A stretch of 64,000 nucleotides of DNA, from assembly GCA_963664195.1 (NCBI GenBank), contig OY760907.1, forward strand, positions 2,016,001 to 2,080,000, read 5' to 3'. Under the pieces are notes generated by a model, which saw only the letters and a program-made list of their open reading frames with translations, ran no database searches and was not told the origin of the DNA. Below, piece after piece: positions 44,729 to 54,724 of the stretch (position 1 is the stretch's first letter; each line of letters begins with the position of its first letter). The translations under genes were made by a program, and so were the position numbers. The DNA comes from an uncultured candidate division Zixibacteria bacterium (GTDB lineage: Bacteria; Zixibacteria; MSB-5A5; GN15; FEB-12).

Positions 44729-45982
44729 ATGCGCAAGCTGTCGTCAGTATTAGTTTTCGGATTGACCGCTATCCTTTGCCTTCAGTGCTCGTCACTCACA
44801 GAGCCTGAAGACCCTCAACCCGAACCTCGTCGGACAATCGCCCAACTGACTCCCGCTGAGTCACAACTTCTGTTCTCGTTTGATGCCTTCGGCACCAGAC
44901 TGTTTCGGGAGATTGCTGATAGAGCTGAGCCGGGCGACAATCTGTTTGTCTCGCCGCTATCGGTTTCGTACGCCTTTGGCATGCTGCTCAACGGTGCAGT
45001 GGGGGACACTCGCGATTCACTCGCGGCAACTCTCGGCGTACTGAGCGTGCCCGAGAACGGGGTCAACGAATCGTATCAGAACCTGATGTCCACGCTGACG
45101 CAGCTCGACCCGGACGTGACCATGGATATCGCTAATTCCATCTGGTATCGGCAGGGCATTCCGGTTGAGCAACCGTTTATCGAGACCAACCAGACGTATT
45201 TTGATGCTCTGGTGCAGGGGCTGGATTTCTCCGACGAATCGGCCGCCCTCACCATCAACAACTGGGTCAACGACAAGACCAGGGGAAAGATCACCAGTAT
45301 CATCGATCCGCCGATCTCAAGTGAGGTCATCATGTACCTGATCAATGCGGTGTATTTCAAGGCCGACTGGACTCTGCCGTTCAATCCTGAGTATACGGAG
45401 ACTGCGGACTTTCATCGCGCCGACGGTTCCACAGTTGACTGCGACATGATGTTAAACTTGAACACGTTTGCGTATCTCCAGAACGATCTGCTTACTTCCG
45501 TTGGGCTTCCGTACGGGGAGGAGGGCTTCCGGATGACGATCCTGCTTCCCAACGAGGGCAACTCAGTGGCGGATGTTCTCGATGAGATGTCGGACGAAGC
45601 CTGGGCCGGTTGGCTGGAAAGCACCGTGGAGACCGAGGTGATGGTTGGCCTTCCGAAATTCCGGTTTGCGTACAACATTTCACTCGCGAACGTACTGCAG
45701 GACATGGGCATGACCATTGCCTTCAACTCGTCGACCGCCGATTTTACCGCAATGACGCTGCTCGACGACGTTTACATAAGTGATGTACTCCACAAGTCGT
45801 TCGTGCAGGTTGATGAAGAAGGTACCGAGGCTGCCGCGGTTACTGCGATTGAGGTGTCTGTTGGAAGCGCTCCTTCTCCGTCGATCTTCTGCGACCGACC
45901 GTTCCTCTTCGTGATCCATGAGGACGTTTCCGGGGCAATTTTGTTCATGGGCAAGGTCGCCGAACCGGTCTGGGGGGAGTAG
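44729..45982 (+). CDS. Serpin (serine protease inhibitor), probable lipoprotein
   Basis: NLFVSPLS, INNWV..T.GKI, NAVYFKADW, hinge VDEEGTEAAAVT, DRPFLFVI. GGAGG RBS before ATG 44729. Confidence 0.95.
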   Translation: MRKLSSVLVFGLTAILCLQCSSLTEPEDPQPEPRRTIAQLTPAESQLLFSFDAFGTRLFREIADRAEPGDNLFVSPLSVSYAFGMLLNGAVGDTRDSLAATLGVLSVPENGVNESYQNLMSTLTQLDPDVTMDIANSIWYRQGIPVEQPFIETNQTYFDALVQGLDFSDESAALTINNWVNDKTRGKITSIIDPPISSEVIMYLINAVYFKADWTLPFNPEYTETADFHRADGSTVDCDMMLNLNTFAYLQNDLLTSVGLPYGEEGFRMTILLPNEGNSVADVLDEMSDEAWAGWLESTVETEVMVGLPKFRFAYNISLANVLQDMGMTIAFNSSTADFTAMTLLDDVYISDVLHKSFVQVDEEGTEAAAVTAIEVSVGSAPSPSIFCDRPFLFVIHEDVSGAILFMGKVAEPVWGE

Positions 45983-46081
45983 GGGAGAAGGAATCCATCG
46001 AGTGATGCAGTCTTCGACTGGAGGCTGTGTCGTAATAGGTGAAGCTGGGGCAGACGACACGTCTGCCGCCCACAGTAACAA

Positions 46082-46951
46082 ATGGAATCCCGCCAGTTCC
46101 AGTGGGTTTTGGCTCACGAACTGGCGCACGTGAGCCGCCGAGACTATCTCGCGAGATGGATCGAATGGTCGGCCTGTGTCTGTTTCTGGTGGAATCCGGT
46201 TGTGTACTGGGCGCGACACCATTTGCGCCGAAACGAAGAGCTCTGCTGTGATGCCCTCGTAGTGTCCAGTCTGAGACCCAATCCGCATACATACGCAGAC
46301 TCTCTCTTGAGCGCGTTCGAGAGTTTTGCTTTTCCCGCGATTCGTCCACCGGCAATGGCGAGCGAAATAAGCGGCGGCGATTTCCTTGAAAGGAGATTCA
46401 AGATGATAGTATCAGGGACGCTAACGAGAAAAACCTCGAAACGGACATTCGCGGGCATTCTGGTGTGTGCTCTGGCGGTGCTCTCGCTGGGGATTGGCTG
46501 TCACGAAGAGGAGACTGCGATCGACTCCCCGCCGGTCAACGGCCAGTCACTCGCGACCGAGGAACCTGTGCAGAGTCCGGATCGCGAGGTTATGGACGCT
46601 GACAGTGATGAAGAAATCGAGGGCTATGTTTCAGACGGAATTAACAGTGACGATTTGCCTGCAATAGACGATTTCGTTCCGGTGGAGCAATTTGCCGAGA
46701 TGATTCACTACGTGAACCCTGTGTACCCGGCCAAGGAACTAAAGGCCGGGGTCCAGGGCATTGTGTGGGTAAAGGTTCTGGTTGGCAGAAAAGGCGACGT
46801 GCTTGACGCGGTCGTATACAAGACCTCGGGGACTAAGTCCCTGGACAAGTCCGCTCTGAAGGCTGCATTGGAAAACAAGTTTAAGCCTGCGATTCAGGAC
46901 GGCAAGCCGGTGGCTATGTGGGTGACGTACAAAGTGACGTTTGCGATATAG
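46082..46951 (+). pseudogene. N-terminally truncated BlaR1/M56 peptidase-TonB_C fusion
   Basis: AHELAH lies 10 residues after the first ATG; FWWNP, EELCCD and LERRF motifs; TM; TonB C-terminal domain. In-frame TAA two codons upstream; no N-terminal TM helices and no blaI gene. Confidence 0.65.
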
Positions 46952-47179
46952 ATATGCAATGCCCGACATGATCGACAGGGTTCCGTCCCTGTCGATTCTC
47001 CCTCGTGACGCTCGCTCGCGCCGTCCGATCCAAACAAGTCTGAATCGGCTACCCGTCGGGTATCCTGCTCCACACAAGATGTCGGGTTTCTCGCTCCCCA
47101 TGGTATGCGGACCTCGGAACACCGACCTACTCGGATGGAACTGACTGGATGGACACGGACTGACACGTTGCTTAACCGG

Positions 47180-48577
47180 CTACCTAATCGTTAGCAACCG
47201 GCTTTCTCGGTCAATCCGGATATCTATCAGCGTCGTGGTGTTCGTGAAGAACGGCTTCACTTTTTCGCCTTTCACCCTCTTCGGGTGGAGCAGTACGATA
47301 TTTTCCAGTTTGCCGGTCTGATAGGTGATGTCGCGGTCGCCCGATTCCGCGTCGACTCTCATTGTCAGAACGTGGTTGTCGCCGACGATTTCATGCACCT
47401 GGTCCGGCCTAACCAGGTACCGTTTGTAGCTCGAATCCTGCGAGTGTGTGTGCAGGTTCTCTTCCAACAATCGATCCAACTCTCCTGAGCGGCGGCTCTC
47501 CTCGCGTGACATTTTTGTGCCCGCCGGGACGTGTTGCACGCCGTTTCCGGCCGGGGACAATCGAGACAATTCCCACACGTTGAATTCCAGATGATAGTCC
47601 GGCACTGGCATCCCACGGTCATCGCGGATACGGAATATGAATTGCTGATAATTCAGATTTTTGTCAGCACCTACCTGCTTGCCGGTAAACTCATAAAAGT
47701 CTTTGGTCAGCATGTCATAGTCGGTTTCGGTTGCAGACAGGCAGCGGATGATCTGCTCCAGGAGAAGGTCGTTCTCTTTCAGCTTGAGAATCGAGGCATG
47801 GTTGAGATTGTTGTGTATTGCGAACGGTATGTTGACTGGAATGAACCCACGCTTTTTGTGCTGCTCCTCAGTGAAACCGTGCCACGATGTTGAGTTGTCT
47901 TCACGATTGCCGACAAAGTCGAGGTCCAGCCGGCGCGAGTTGAGACTGGCACCGGCAACGACGATTGTGCCGTCAGTTCCCGGCTTGTTGACGAATTGCC
48001 TCAAACCGCCGTATCCCTTGCATCCGGTAATGACACTTGCTCTGATGCCCGACTTGTGGTAGAGCGAGCCGTTTTTGCCGAACAAATCAGAATCGGATAG
48101 TTCCCACGCGAACGGTGAGGCGAGTTCGAGACCGTCGAGGATTTTCTGGCCGACCTCAAAGTGATCTCCGCTTCCGTGCTGGCCCTTGAAGACCTTCCCG
48201 ATCAGCGACTTTCCTTTCGTCGCCAGGGGAGAGCCGAAATTGGCCGGGGCGAGGAAAACAACATTGCCCACGAGGTCGTGTCGTTCGGGATACTGTCGGA
48301 ACCATTGTCGTAAGACGAGTGCGCCGGTGGAGTGGGTGACAAAGTGTATGCGACCGTCGGTGCCGGTCAGTTTACCCTGTTTGGCGAATCGCGCCAGCTC
48401 TTTGTCAAGGCCTTCGGCAAAATCTTCGTACACTGCCTTGTCTTCGCGGGAGTCATAATTGGCGTACCTGACACCGGCACCTTCGGCCTGGAGAGGCGAG
48501 CCAACTTTTTTCATCGACTTCCAGTTGTCGCTCCAGCCGTGGACGATTACCAGCTGTTTGCCGCTGAGTTTTCCCAT
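47180..48577 (-). CDS. Alpha/beta-hydrolase fold protein
   Basis: VIVHGWSD, THSTGALV nucleophile elbow, LAPANFGSPLA, TDGTI, NHASI. GGAGG RBS before ATG 48577. Confidence 0.85.
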   Translation of the reverse strand: MGKLSGKQLVIVHGWSDNWKSMKKVGSPLQAEGAGVRYANYDSREDKAVYEDFAEGLDKELARFAKQGKLTGTDGRIHFVTHSTGALVLRQWFRQYPERHDLVGNVVFLAPANFGSPLATKGKSLIGKVFKGQHGSGDHFEVGQKILDGLELASPFAWELSDSDLFGKNGSLYHKSGIRASVITGCKGYGGLRQFVNKPGTDGTIVVAGASLNSRRLDLDFVGNREDNSTSWHGFTEEQHKKRGFIPVNIPFAIHNNLNHASILKLKENDLLLEQIIRCLSATETDYDMLTKDFYEFTGKQVGADKNLNYQQFIFRIRDDRGMPVPDYHLEFNVWELSRLSPAGNGVQHVPAGTKMSREESRRSGELDRLLEENLHTHSQDSSYKRYLVRPDQVHEIVGDNHVLTMRVDAESGDRDITYQTGKLENIVLLHPKRVKGEKVKPFFTNTTTLIDIRIDRESRLLTIR

Positions 48578-48691
48578 ACTGCGACCTCCGATTTTTTGTG
48601 CTCGATTTCGGTTTGTTTGTGTCGTTCGATTGATGCGAGAAGAGAGGGCTTGCGACTGCAAGCCCTCAACAGTAAATACGATAGTTTGTGT

Positions 48692-49150
48692 CTATACGGA
48701 CACTGGTTGTCTGGGGCCAACCTTGCCGACCTGGATATCTGCCTTCATGTATGGCTCGACCTTGATCGGCGAACCAAAGAGGCGGCGCAGTGTCCCCAGC
48801 TTTCCAACATGAGTCATGGCGTCACACCACGGCCCCTGGAACATCTGCAGGAATAGTCGCTCGTCGACGTCGCACTCGTCGACAGTCCGGTCGAGTTTGG
48901 CCAGGTTACCATGGAAGACCTCGATAGCTTCTATCCAGGGCACTTCCTCCACGGCAGTCGGAGTCTCGCCGCGATACCATTCTTCCGTTATGGAGAGCAT
49001 GCCGTTGATATGATTCAGTATCTGGGTTGGCGTACGAGTGTCCATTCCGGCCTCGAAATCCGCAAAGCCTTCGGGGGCATCGTTCACGACGGTTCTGACA
49101 CGAAAGGCCATGGTGGCCAGCATGTGTCTCAGCAAGTACTTATGATCCAT
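48692..49150 (-). CDS. DinB-like four-helix bundle protein
   Basis: LRHMLATMAFR, RTP.QILNH, QGP.CDAMTHVG. AGGAG RBS. Confidence 0.75.
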   Translation of the reverse strand: MDHKYLLRHMLATMAFRVRTVVNDAPEGFADFEAGMDTRTPTQILNHINGMLSITEEWYRGETPTAVEEVPWIEAIEVFHGNLAKLDRTVDECDVDERLFLQMFQGPWCDAMTHVGKLGTLRRLFGSPIKVEPYMKADIQVGKVGPRQPVSV

Positions 49151-49436
49151 AATCGTCTCCTTTGTATAGAAGTCGGATGGGTGGCTCAGCCACTTTACCG
49201 CAGAATGGAACAAACTGCTTTCTGGTGTCCGATTCCCTGTCTGTATATCAGCTCAGTATGGCGTGGCTTGTAACAATGGGAGTAGAGGAGCGATCACCAC
49301 TCATTCGGTAGTATTGCCGTGGGATTTGACACACTTGACCGGCTAAGCTCTGTGGTGACGTCGGTCGGGATATCAGATATACGGGCAATCTGTTTGCATG
49401 CGTGTTGACCGGACTGCCGGCAAGATGAATATCCCA

Positions 49437-49622
49437 AAACAAGTGAGCCACCCGGATGGGAAGCCGGGTGGCTCGGGCAGGCATTAGGGTACCTATGGGA
49501 CAGGGATTTTTAGGTCTTGTCTAAAGCCCAGCGGCAAAAGCAATTGTGTCCTCAATCGCTTCGGCCAAGAAGAAGACAACAGTTGTTAGGTCGGTTGTTG
49601 CGTGTTCCGTGTCTCCGTCTAG
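49437..49622 (-). ncRNA. Candidate small RNA (ECF-type promoter to strong hairpin)
   Basis: Minus-strand GAAC-N16-CGTCT at 49653-49629; 11-bp hairpin 49445-49474 with ACTTGTTTT tail; no substantial ORF between them. Confidence 0.4.
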
Positions 49623-49721
49623 CTCATAAGACGAAAAACCGGCTCGAATGTTCGGTTAATTTTTTGGGAAATGGCAGAAAATCGGTGCACTGAGCGGGGG
49701 AAAGGGTGCCGGTACGGCAAC

Positions 49722-50222
49722 CTACTCCATACTCCGAAATGCCCGGATCAACTCACCTGGCGATTGGATGTTCATCAGTTCGTCGCGGAAAGACTCGTAT
49801 TGGAGCGCCTCGGCCAGAGCTTTGAACACCTTCAAATAGAGTTGGTCCTCGTAGGGGGGAGCGGCCATGACAAAAAACAGGTGCGAGAGTTTGCCGTCGA
49901 GAGAATCAAACTCGTAGCCTTCGGTCGAGCGCGCGAATCCAATCATGAATTCCTTTGCCTGCAACGAACGAATGTGCGGAATGGCGATACCGTTGCCGAT
50001 TGCCGTGGTGGCCTTCTTCTCACGATTCACAAAGTCCAGCATCAGCTTGGTCCGGTTGCCGATTCTGGCATCCTGCTCAAGCAACGTGACCAATTCCTCG
50101 AGTATCTCAGCTTTGGCGTCGACGATCCATTTCTCTCTGGATTTTTCCTCGTCGAACGGCTCAATGACGGTTTCCATCTCGAGCTTGATTGAATTCTCTG
50201 TAAAGTAGCGCGAAAGGTTCAT
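49722..50222 (-). CDS. PTS EIIA domain protein (PtsN/fructose-mannitol type)
   Basis: REKKATTAIGNGIAIPH phospho-His motif. Confidence 0.88.
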   Translation of the reverse strand: MNLSRYFTENSIKLEMETVIEPFDEEKSREKWIVDAKAEILEELVTLLEQDARIGNRTKLMLDFVNREKKATTAIGNGIAIPHIRSLQAKEFMIGFARSTEGYEFDSLDGKLSHLFFVMAAPPYEDQLYLKVFKALAEALQYESFRDELMNIQSPGELIRAFRSME

Positions 50223-50619
50223 ACTTAGTATTAGTCGGTTTCCTCGGTGACTGTTTGAGGCATAATAGGTATAATCCCGGCGTTTTGTCAAGGTGATCAC
50301 GGCCTGTCGATATGCGACCAGGCTCCCGTTTCTGATCTCGCCACATGGTTAATATGTTGTCTTACACTCGCTTGTGCCGTTCTTGGGATTGCCGATAGCT
50401 GATTGATCTCGTCGACATACAATATTCCGGGCTGGATCGTGCCGGGGTCTCCTGCCTCCGAAACCGCCAAACTGTGGTTTTGACCACCGGGAATGCACAA
50501 AAAGGCCGATATGGTCGTCCATTTGTTGAAGAACTCTACATTTTCCTGTTGTGCGACAGGCCAATGGCGAATATATTGGTGGCTGGTTGATGATAGGTAC
50601 TTTAGGGAGAAATCCTGCA

Positions 50620-51093
50620 ATGAGAAAATTTGCACGTTTTTGGGTAGTTGCGTTGGTCTTTACAATCGGTATCGCCTGTTTCATCGGTTGCCGTGGTGAT
50701 ATTACGGTTCCTGAGCCGCCGACACTGAACGGCCGGTATGTTGGGTTGTACACCTATACGGAGGTTACCAACGGCACCGATACTCTGTATGATACCACAC
50801 AGGCGGTTTCGTTCAAGTTCACTTCAACTTCATTCAGTATGAGGGTTGAAGAGGACGAGAGCGATCGTGTTTTCTGTGATGTTGATGGCAAGTATGAACT
50901 GGGAAGTGCCGGGGCCGAGTTGACCTACACCGATCCGAGTGTGGGAGTCAAGATTTGTACTGAGAGCTATGGCCCCGAAGGTGCGTATAGTCTCGATCAG
51001 ACCTCGGATACGACGCGTTTACTTCACATTCACAGTGATGAAGACGGTGTGGTGGTCAATAAGCGGTTGCGTCTGGTAAACACGGACCTGTAG
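50620..51093 (+). CDS. Hypothetical lipoprotein
   Basis: MRKFARFW...FIGC lipobox; GGGAG RBS. Confidence 0.75.
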   Translation: MRKFARFWVVALVFTIGIACFIGCRGDITVPEPPTLNGRYVGLYTYTEVTNGTDTLYDTTQAVSFKFTSTSFSMRVEEDESDRVFCDVDGKYELGSAGAELTYTDPSVGVKICTESYGPEGAYSLDQTSDTTRLLHIHSDEDGVVVNKRLRLVNTDL

Positions 51094-51112
51094 CCTCGCT
51101 TTGAAAGACTTG

Positions 51113-51140
51113 AAAGCCCGCCTCTGGCGGGCTTTTTTTT
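51113..51140 (+). terminator. Intrinsic terminator
   Basis: AAAGCCCGCC-TCT-GGCGGGC plus T8. Confidence 0.85.
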
Positions 51141-51263
51141 GCTTATCTTCGAAACTTCGATGCTCTTCCGATTTTGACTGACGCAACCTGTCAGTCGCTC
51201 CACTTTGATTGAGGGCGTGGAACTTGAGTTCGAAACCGAGTCTGAATGCGGAGGTGAGGGAAG

Positions 51264-52802
51264 ATGCTCTCAAAAATAGTCTCATCGGCGACGCTGGGTG
51301 TCGATGCCTACACGGTGGAGGTGGAAGCGGATATACAGCAACAGCTTCCGGCGTTTATCACAGTGGGGCTTCCCGATGGTGCCGTGCGGGAATCCAAGGA
51401 ACGGGTCACGGCGGCCATCAAGAACTCCGACTTCGTGTTCCCATCAAAGAAGGTCACCATCAATCTTGCCCCGGCGGATATTAAGAAGGAAGGCTCTGCG
51501 TTTGATTTGCCGATCGCGATTGGCATTCTGGCTGCTACCGGGCAGATCATGCGTGACCAGTTCGATCAATTCGTGCTGTTGGGCGAGCTATCGCTTGATG
51601 GCGCTCTGCGGCCGGTGCCGGGCGTGTTGCCGATGACCATGAACTTTGTGTCGGGCAATCACATCAAGGGCATCTTGGTGCCGCAGGAGAATGCCCGCGA
51701 AGCGGCCATGGCGGGGACGGTGCCCGTCTACCCGGTCAAATCTCTTAAGGATGCAGTGCACTTCCTGGAAGACGAGTCAACCGTCAAGGCGCACGAGATC
51801 GACATACAGTCTGTTTTCGATGAAGCTCGCAAGTATTCGGTAGACTTCTCCGATGTCAAGGGGCAGGAGTCGGCCAAGCGTGCGCTCGAAGTCGCTGCCG
51901 CCGGAGGGCACAATCTGATCATGATTGGTCCTCCCGGATCGGGTAAGACCATGCTGGCCCGTCGAGTACCAACAATTCTTCCGGACATGACGGTCAGGGA
52001 GGCACTTGAGACGACAAAGATTCACTCGGTAGCGGGGAGGCTTCCGGCAGACTCCGCTTTGGTGGCGACACGCCCCTCGCGTTCTCCGCATCACTCCATT
52101 TCGTATGCCGGTCTGGTCGGCGGCGGGGCGATTCCGAAACCGGGAGAAGTGTCGCTGGCTCACAACGGAGTGCTTTTTCTCGACGAGCTGCCGGAGTTCA
52201 AGAAAGACATTCTGGAGATGCTTCGACAGCCTATGGAGGACAACCAGGTGACGATATCAAGAGCTTCGACTACATTAACTTACCCGGCCAGATTCATGCT
52301 TATTGCGGCGATGAACCCCTGTCCGTGCGGGTATCACGGGGATGCCTCGCATGAGTGCAACTGTACCTCGGCTGAGATTCAGCGCTATATGTCTCGTATT
52401 TCCGGCCCGCTCATGGACAGGATCGATATTCATGTGTCGGTGCCGTCGGTGAAGTACAAGGAGCTGTCGTCAGAAACGAGGGGCGAAAGCTCCGAGGTGA
52501 TTCGCAAGCGGATTAATGCCGCGCGACAACGGCAACTTGAGCGGTTCAAAAACGAAGATTCGATATATTCCAACGCCCAGATGGAATCACGAGATACGAG
52601 GAAATTCTGCAAACTCGACGAGAAGTCACAGTCATTGCTGGGTTTAGCGATAAAGCGGCAAGGTCTCTCGGCAAGGGCCTATGACCGAATCCTTAAGGTG
52701 GCACGGACCATTGCCGACCTGGAAGGGGCGGAGGAAATCCAGATGGGGCATATTGCCGAGGCAATACACTACCGGAGTCTGGACCGGCACCTCTGGTTGT
52801 GA
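51264..52802 (+). CDS. comM: YifB/ComM-family Mg-chelatase-like AAA+ ATPase
   Basis: VGLPD..V.ES.ERV, NLAPAD, GPPGSGKTMLA, GEVSLAHNGVLFLDE, MNPCPCG. Confidence 0.93.
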   Translation: MLSKIVSSATLGVDAYTVEVEADIQQQLPAFITVGLPDGAVRESKERVTAAIKNSDFVFPSKKVTINLAPADIKKEGSAFDLPIAIGILAATGQIMRDQFDQFVLLGELSLDGALRPVPGVLPMTMNFVSGNHIKGILVPQENAREAAMAGTVPVYPVKSLKDAVHFLEDESTVKAHEIDIQSVFDEARKYSVDFSDVKGQESAKRALEVAAAGGHNLIMIGPPGSGKTMLARRVPTILPDMTVREALETTKIHSVAGRLPADSALVATRPSRSPHHSISYAGLVGGGAIPKPGEVSLAHNGVLFLDELPEFKKDILEMLRQPMEDNQVTISRASTTLTYPARFMLIAAMNPCPCGYHGDASHECNCTSAEIQRYMSRISGPLMDRIDIHVSVPSVKYKELSSETRGESSEVIRKRINAARQRQLERFKNEDSIYSNAQMESRDTRKFCKLDEKSQSLLGLAIKRQGLSARAYDRILKVARTIADLEGAEEIQMGHIAEAIHYRSLDRHLWL

Positions 52803-52894
52803 GTGAGATCGGATTCGGCCGACTTACGGGTTGCTTCTGCCGATCATTGTCTTTGATTGACAATTGACACAAATACCGTACCTTGGCCGGAGTT

Positions 52895-54646
52895 ATGGCA
52901 GAGAAGACACAAAGAACACGTACTGAAAAGCTCCTTCTTCAGGCAGGAAGAACGTTCAATTCGACACTGGAGTACGAAGAGCTTATCCAATTGATCCTGA
53001 ATCTGGTGATGACGGCTGTCGATGCCGAAGCCGCTCTGGTGTATCGATTCGACGATACCCGTCGTGATATGCAGATCCGATTCACGAAGAAGCCGGAGTG
53101 TGAACTGCTGTCTGTTCAAAGTCAGGATCGGTCCGGGTTCATCGGCTGGGTGGCCGAGCAGCAGGAACCGGTGATTATCAACGATGCTGCCGAGGATCCT
53201 CGATTGGACGATGATCTGCAGCAGTCGCTTGGGATAGATATCCGGTCCGTGCTGTCGTTGCCTCTGATCGGTCGCGGCCAGGTGGTGGGCGTGGTTGAGG
53301 CCATAAACAAGTGCGGGGGAGAGTTCAGCCAGGAGGATCTGGATATTTTAACCGGGTTGAACAATCAGATCGCGGTAGCAATTGACAACGCCCACCTGTA
53401 TCGAGAGATGAAACGGGAGGCGCTTGAACGGGCGTTGCTCTACGATACGGGGAAGATCCTATCTGAGAAGCTTAAGCTGGACGAAGTCTTAAGGGCGATT
53501 CTGGAGACGCTAAAGAAAGCAGTGAACTATGATGCTGGCGGCGTATTCCTCTGTGACGATGCCGAGGTCGATATCCAGTCGATCTGTTCGGTCGGCTACG
53601 ACCCGGGGACAGATGCCAGCCTGCAGCTCAAGTGCGGTCAGGGGATCATCGGCACGGTGGCAGCTTCCGGCGAACCGGTCATAGTGCCGGACGTCAAGAA
53701 GGACTCGCGGTATGTTGAAGCCAGTCCCTCCACACGAAGTGAGATTGTTGTGCCGATTCTTATCGATGATCGGGTGATCGGTGTCATCAATCTTGAGTCG
53801 GATGAGATCAACGCGTACAACGGCAGAGACATTTCACTCATGTCCGCGTTTGCGTCACAGGCGGCTATCTCGCTTGAGCGGGCCAAACTCCACGAGAGCC
53901 TCCTCGCGGCGAAGAAGCTTGAGGAGCAGGTTAATATCGCTCGCGAAATTCAGCGCATGTTCCTTCCGGATGAAAATCCTGCAGTCGAGGGGTACCAGAT
54001 CGCCGGACGCAATGTTCCTTCAGGGCAGGTAGGCGGTGATTACTACGACTTCATCAAGATTGTTGATCAGCGGTTGGGGATTCCTGTCGCCGATGTTTCG
54101 GGTAAAGGGATGCCGGCGGCGTTGATTATGGCCTCGCTGCGAGCGTCGCTCATTGCCGAAATACGGAACAATTATACGATCCGGACAATCGCTGAGAAAG
54201 TTAACTCGCTGCTGTGTGAATCGTTGGAGCCGGGGAATTTCGTTACCGGTATCTACTGTGTACTCGACAGCAAACACCACATGATGACGTATTCCAATTT
54301 CGGACATAACCCGCCGTTGCTACTGCAGGAAGACGGTGTTTTTCAACAATTGACAGAGGGCGGCCCGGTGCTTGGCGTGTCAAAGGGCGTGACGTTCGAC
54401 GAGGGCGCAATTGCGTTCCGTCGCGGTGAAGTGCTGGTGATGTACACAGACGGTGTTACCGAGGTGTTCAATAATGAGGGGGTCGAATTCGGCGCGAAGG
54501 GGTTAATGGAAGTAATTCGCAAGAATAGAGACAAGTCTGCTGTTGAGATTGCGGACGCTATCTATGCCGCTACCAAGAGTTTTGCTCCGCAAACGCACGT
54601 ATACGATGATATCACTATGGTTGTGGTGAAACGCCTGCGCGACTAA
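52895..54646 (+). CDS. GAF-GAF-SpoIIE (RsbU-like PP2C) phosphatase
   Basis: Two GAF domains; VGGDYYD, ADVSGKG, YTDGVTE and DDIT motifs. Confidence 0.92.
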   Translation: MAEKTQRTRTEKLLLQAGRTFNSTLEYEELIQLILNLVMTAVDAEAALVYRFDDTRRDMQIRFTKKPECELLSVQSQDRSGFIGWVAEQQEPVIINDAAEDPRLDDDLQQSLGIDIRSVLSLPLIGRGQVVGVVEAINKCGGEFSQEDLDILTGLNNQIAVAIDNAHLYREMKREALERALLYDTGKILSEKLKLDEVLRAILETLKKAVNYDAGGVFLCDDAEVDIQSICSVGYDPGTDASLQLKCGQGIIGTVAASGEPVIVPDVKKDSRYVEASPSTRSEIVVPILIDDRVIGVINLESDEINAYNGRDISLMSAFASQAAISLERAKLHESLLAAKKLEEQVNIAREIQRMFLPDENPAVEGYQIAGRNVPSGQVGGDYYDFIKIVDQRLGIPVADVSGKGMPAALIMASLRASLIAEIRNNYTIRTIAEKVNSLLCESLEPGNFVTGIYCVLDSKHHMMTYSNFGHNPPLLLQEDGVFQQLTEGGPVLGVSKGVTFDEGAIAFRRGEVLVMYTDGVTEVFNNEGVEFGAKGLMEVIRKNRDKSAVEIADAIYAATKSFAPQTHVYDDITMVVVKRLRD

Positions 54647-54724
54647 TTCTGCTTTCCTGTCATCATATTCTTTGTTATATTGGGTTAGTGACTCAAGAAT
54701 AACGTTCAGGGAGAGAAATTCCTC

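Noticed and set aside
47138..47167. Short repeat ACTGACTGGATGGACACGGACTGACACG
   Set aside because: Too short and single-locus to support a repeat-element call.
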